Assembly (NCBI RefSeq): GCF_009914755.1
Contig: NC_060936.1
From: the human T2T-CHM13v2.0 reference genome, Homo sapiens
Strand: one strand, 5' to 3'
DNA length: 64,000 nucleotides
In this document: in pieces, positions 62,658 through 64,000 of the stretch
Layout of the letters: each line of letters opens with the position of its first letter
Position numbering within the stretch: the stretch's first letter is position 1
Notes under the pieces: generated by a model
What the model saw: only the letters and a program-made list of their open reading frames with translations
Database searches by the model: none
Told to the model about the DNA's origin: nothing
Program-made: the position numbers and the translations under genes

Positions 62658-63010
62658 GGGAGCAAAATGATAAGAACTTATGAACACACAGACAGAAACA
62701 ACAGACACTGGGGTCTACTTGATGGGGGAGGGTGGAAGGAGAGAGAGAAGCAGAAAAGTTAACTATTGTGTATTGGGCTTAATATCGGGGTGATGTAATA
62801 ATATGTACAACAAACCCCCATGACACGTGTTTATCTATGTAACAAACCTTCACATGTGACTGCTCTGCCTACGGAATAGCCTTTCTTTATTCCTTTACGT
62901 TCTTAATAAACTTGCTTTCACAAAAAAAAAAAAAAAGAAAGAAAGAAAGAAAAAACCTTCACATGTATCCATCTCCAAACCTAAAATAAAAATTATAGGA
63001 AAAAAAAAAA
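62658..63010 (+). mobile_element. Older L1P 3'-end fragment inserted in the middle A-rich linker of an Alu
   Basis: L1 3'UTR motifs (ACAGACACTGGGGTCTACTTGA, TACAACAAACCCCCATGACAC, CCTAAAATAAAA) lying between Alu left and right arms. Confidence 0.8.
62858..62952 (+). mobile_element. 64-nt LTR-derived (MER41-like) polyadenylated retrocopy with a 14-bp TSD
   Basis: CTGCTCTGCCTACGGAATAGCC...CTTAATAAACTTGCTTTCAC plus poly(A); TSD AAACCTTCACATGT at 62844-62857 and 62953-62966. Confidence 0.8.
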
Positions 63011-63677
63011 GTACAAAAGTATCCAGGCATGATGGCATACACCTGTAGTCCCAACTACTTGGGAGGCTGAGGCAGGAGGACAGCCTAAGCCCCAGTGGTC
63101 AAGGCTGCAGTGAGCTATGATCATGCCACTGCACTCCAGAGTGGGCAACAAACAAGAGCAAGACTGTCTCAACAAACCACCACCACAACAACAGAAAAGG
63201 TTGGAGTCACCTTTAATGTAATAATAATGCCCACGTATGCAAAAGGACTCAAGGGAAGATGGTTGGAACTGGGTGGCATATAACAAAGTCAGAAACTTAT
63301 CTGGCCAAACAATACAGCTGAAAATCAGATTTAGTTATGCTGACTCACTGAAGCCAGAAAAAAACACCTCCAGATAGCTAGCATCCAAAAAATTTGTCAG
63401 GTCACCCATGGTAGTTCACACCTATAATCCCTGAACTTTGGGAGGCAGAGGTGGGAGGATTACTTGAGCCCAGGAGTTCAAGCCCAGCCTTGGCAACATG
63501 GCAAAACCCTGTCTCTACAAAAAATTTTAAAAATAGCTGGGTATCATGGTGCACACCTGTGGTCCCAACTATTCAAGAGACAGAGGTAGGAAGGCTGCTT
63601 GCGCCTGGGAGGTCAAGGGTATAGTGAGCCATGATTGTGCCACTGAACTCTAGTCTGGGTAATAGAGCAAGATCCTA

Positions 63678-63998
<321 letters not shown>

Positions 63999-64000
63999 AG

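Overview
This is human (primate) genomic DNA, very Alu-dense, containing two convergent genes. HIGD1C is on the + strand with three coding exons (15361-31855, 97 aa), which the ORF track misses because they are spliced. The 3' two-thirds of SLC11A2/DMT1 is on the - strand (exons 6-17), with both alternative C-termini, the 3'UTR iron-responsive element and a GC-AG intron. Between the genes lies a decayed full-length L1PA with 86 nt of extra 5' sequence inside its target-site duplications (TSDs). A second, truncated L1PA 31.5 kb upstream shares apparently private variants with it, so two direct repeats bracket HIGD1C. Also present are a FAM32A retrocopy split by a local inversion, a Y3 RNA retrocopy, an ERVL remnant, MLT1/MER20/MER63 elements, a ~180-nt G/A homopurine tract and a tiny MER41-terminated retrocopy. 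The best candidate for something new is a CpG-rich upstream micro-exon (strong Kozak ATG plus strong donor) that is in frame with HIGD1C. Nearly all ORF-track entries are Alu/L1 artefacts. I found no wholly new biological system. Repeat subfamily names are recalled from memory and repeat boundaries are approximate.
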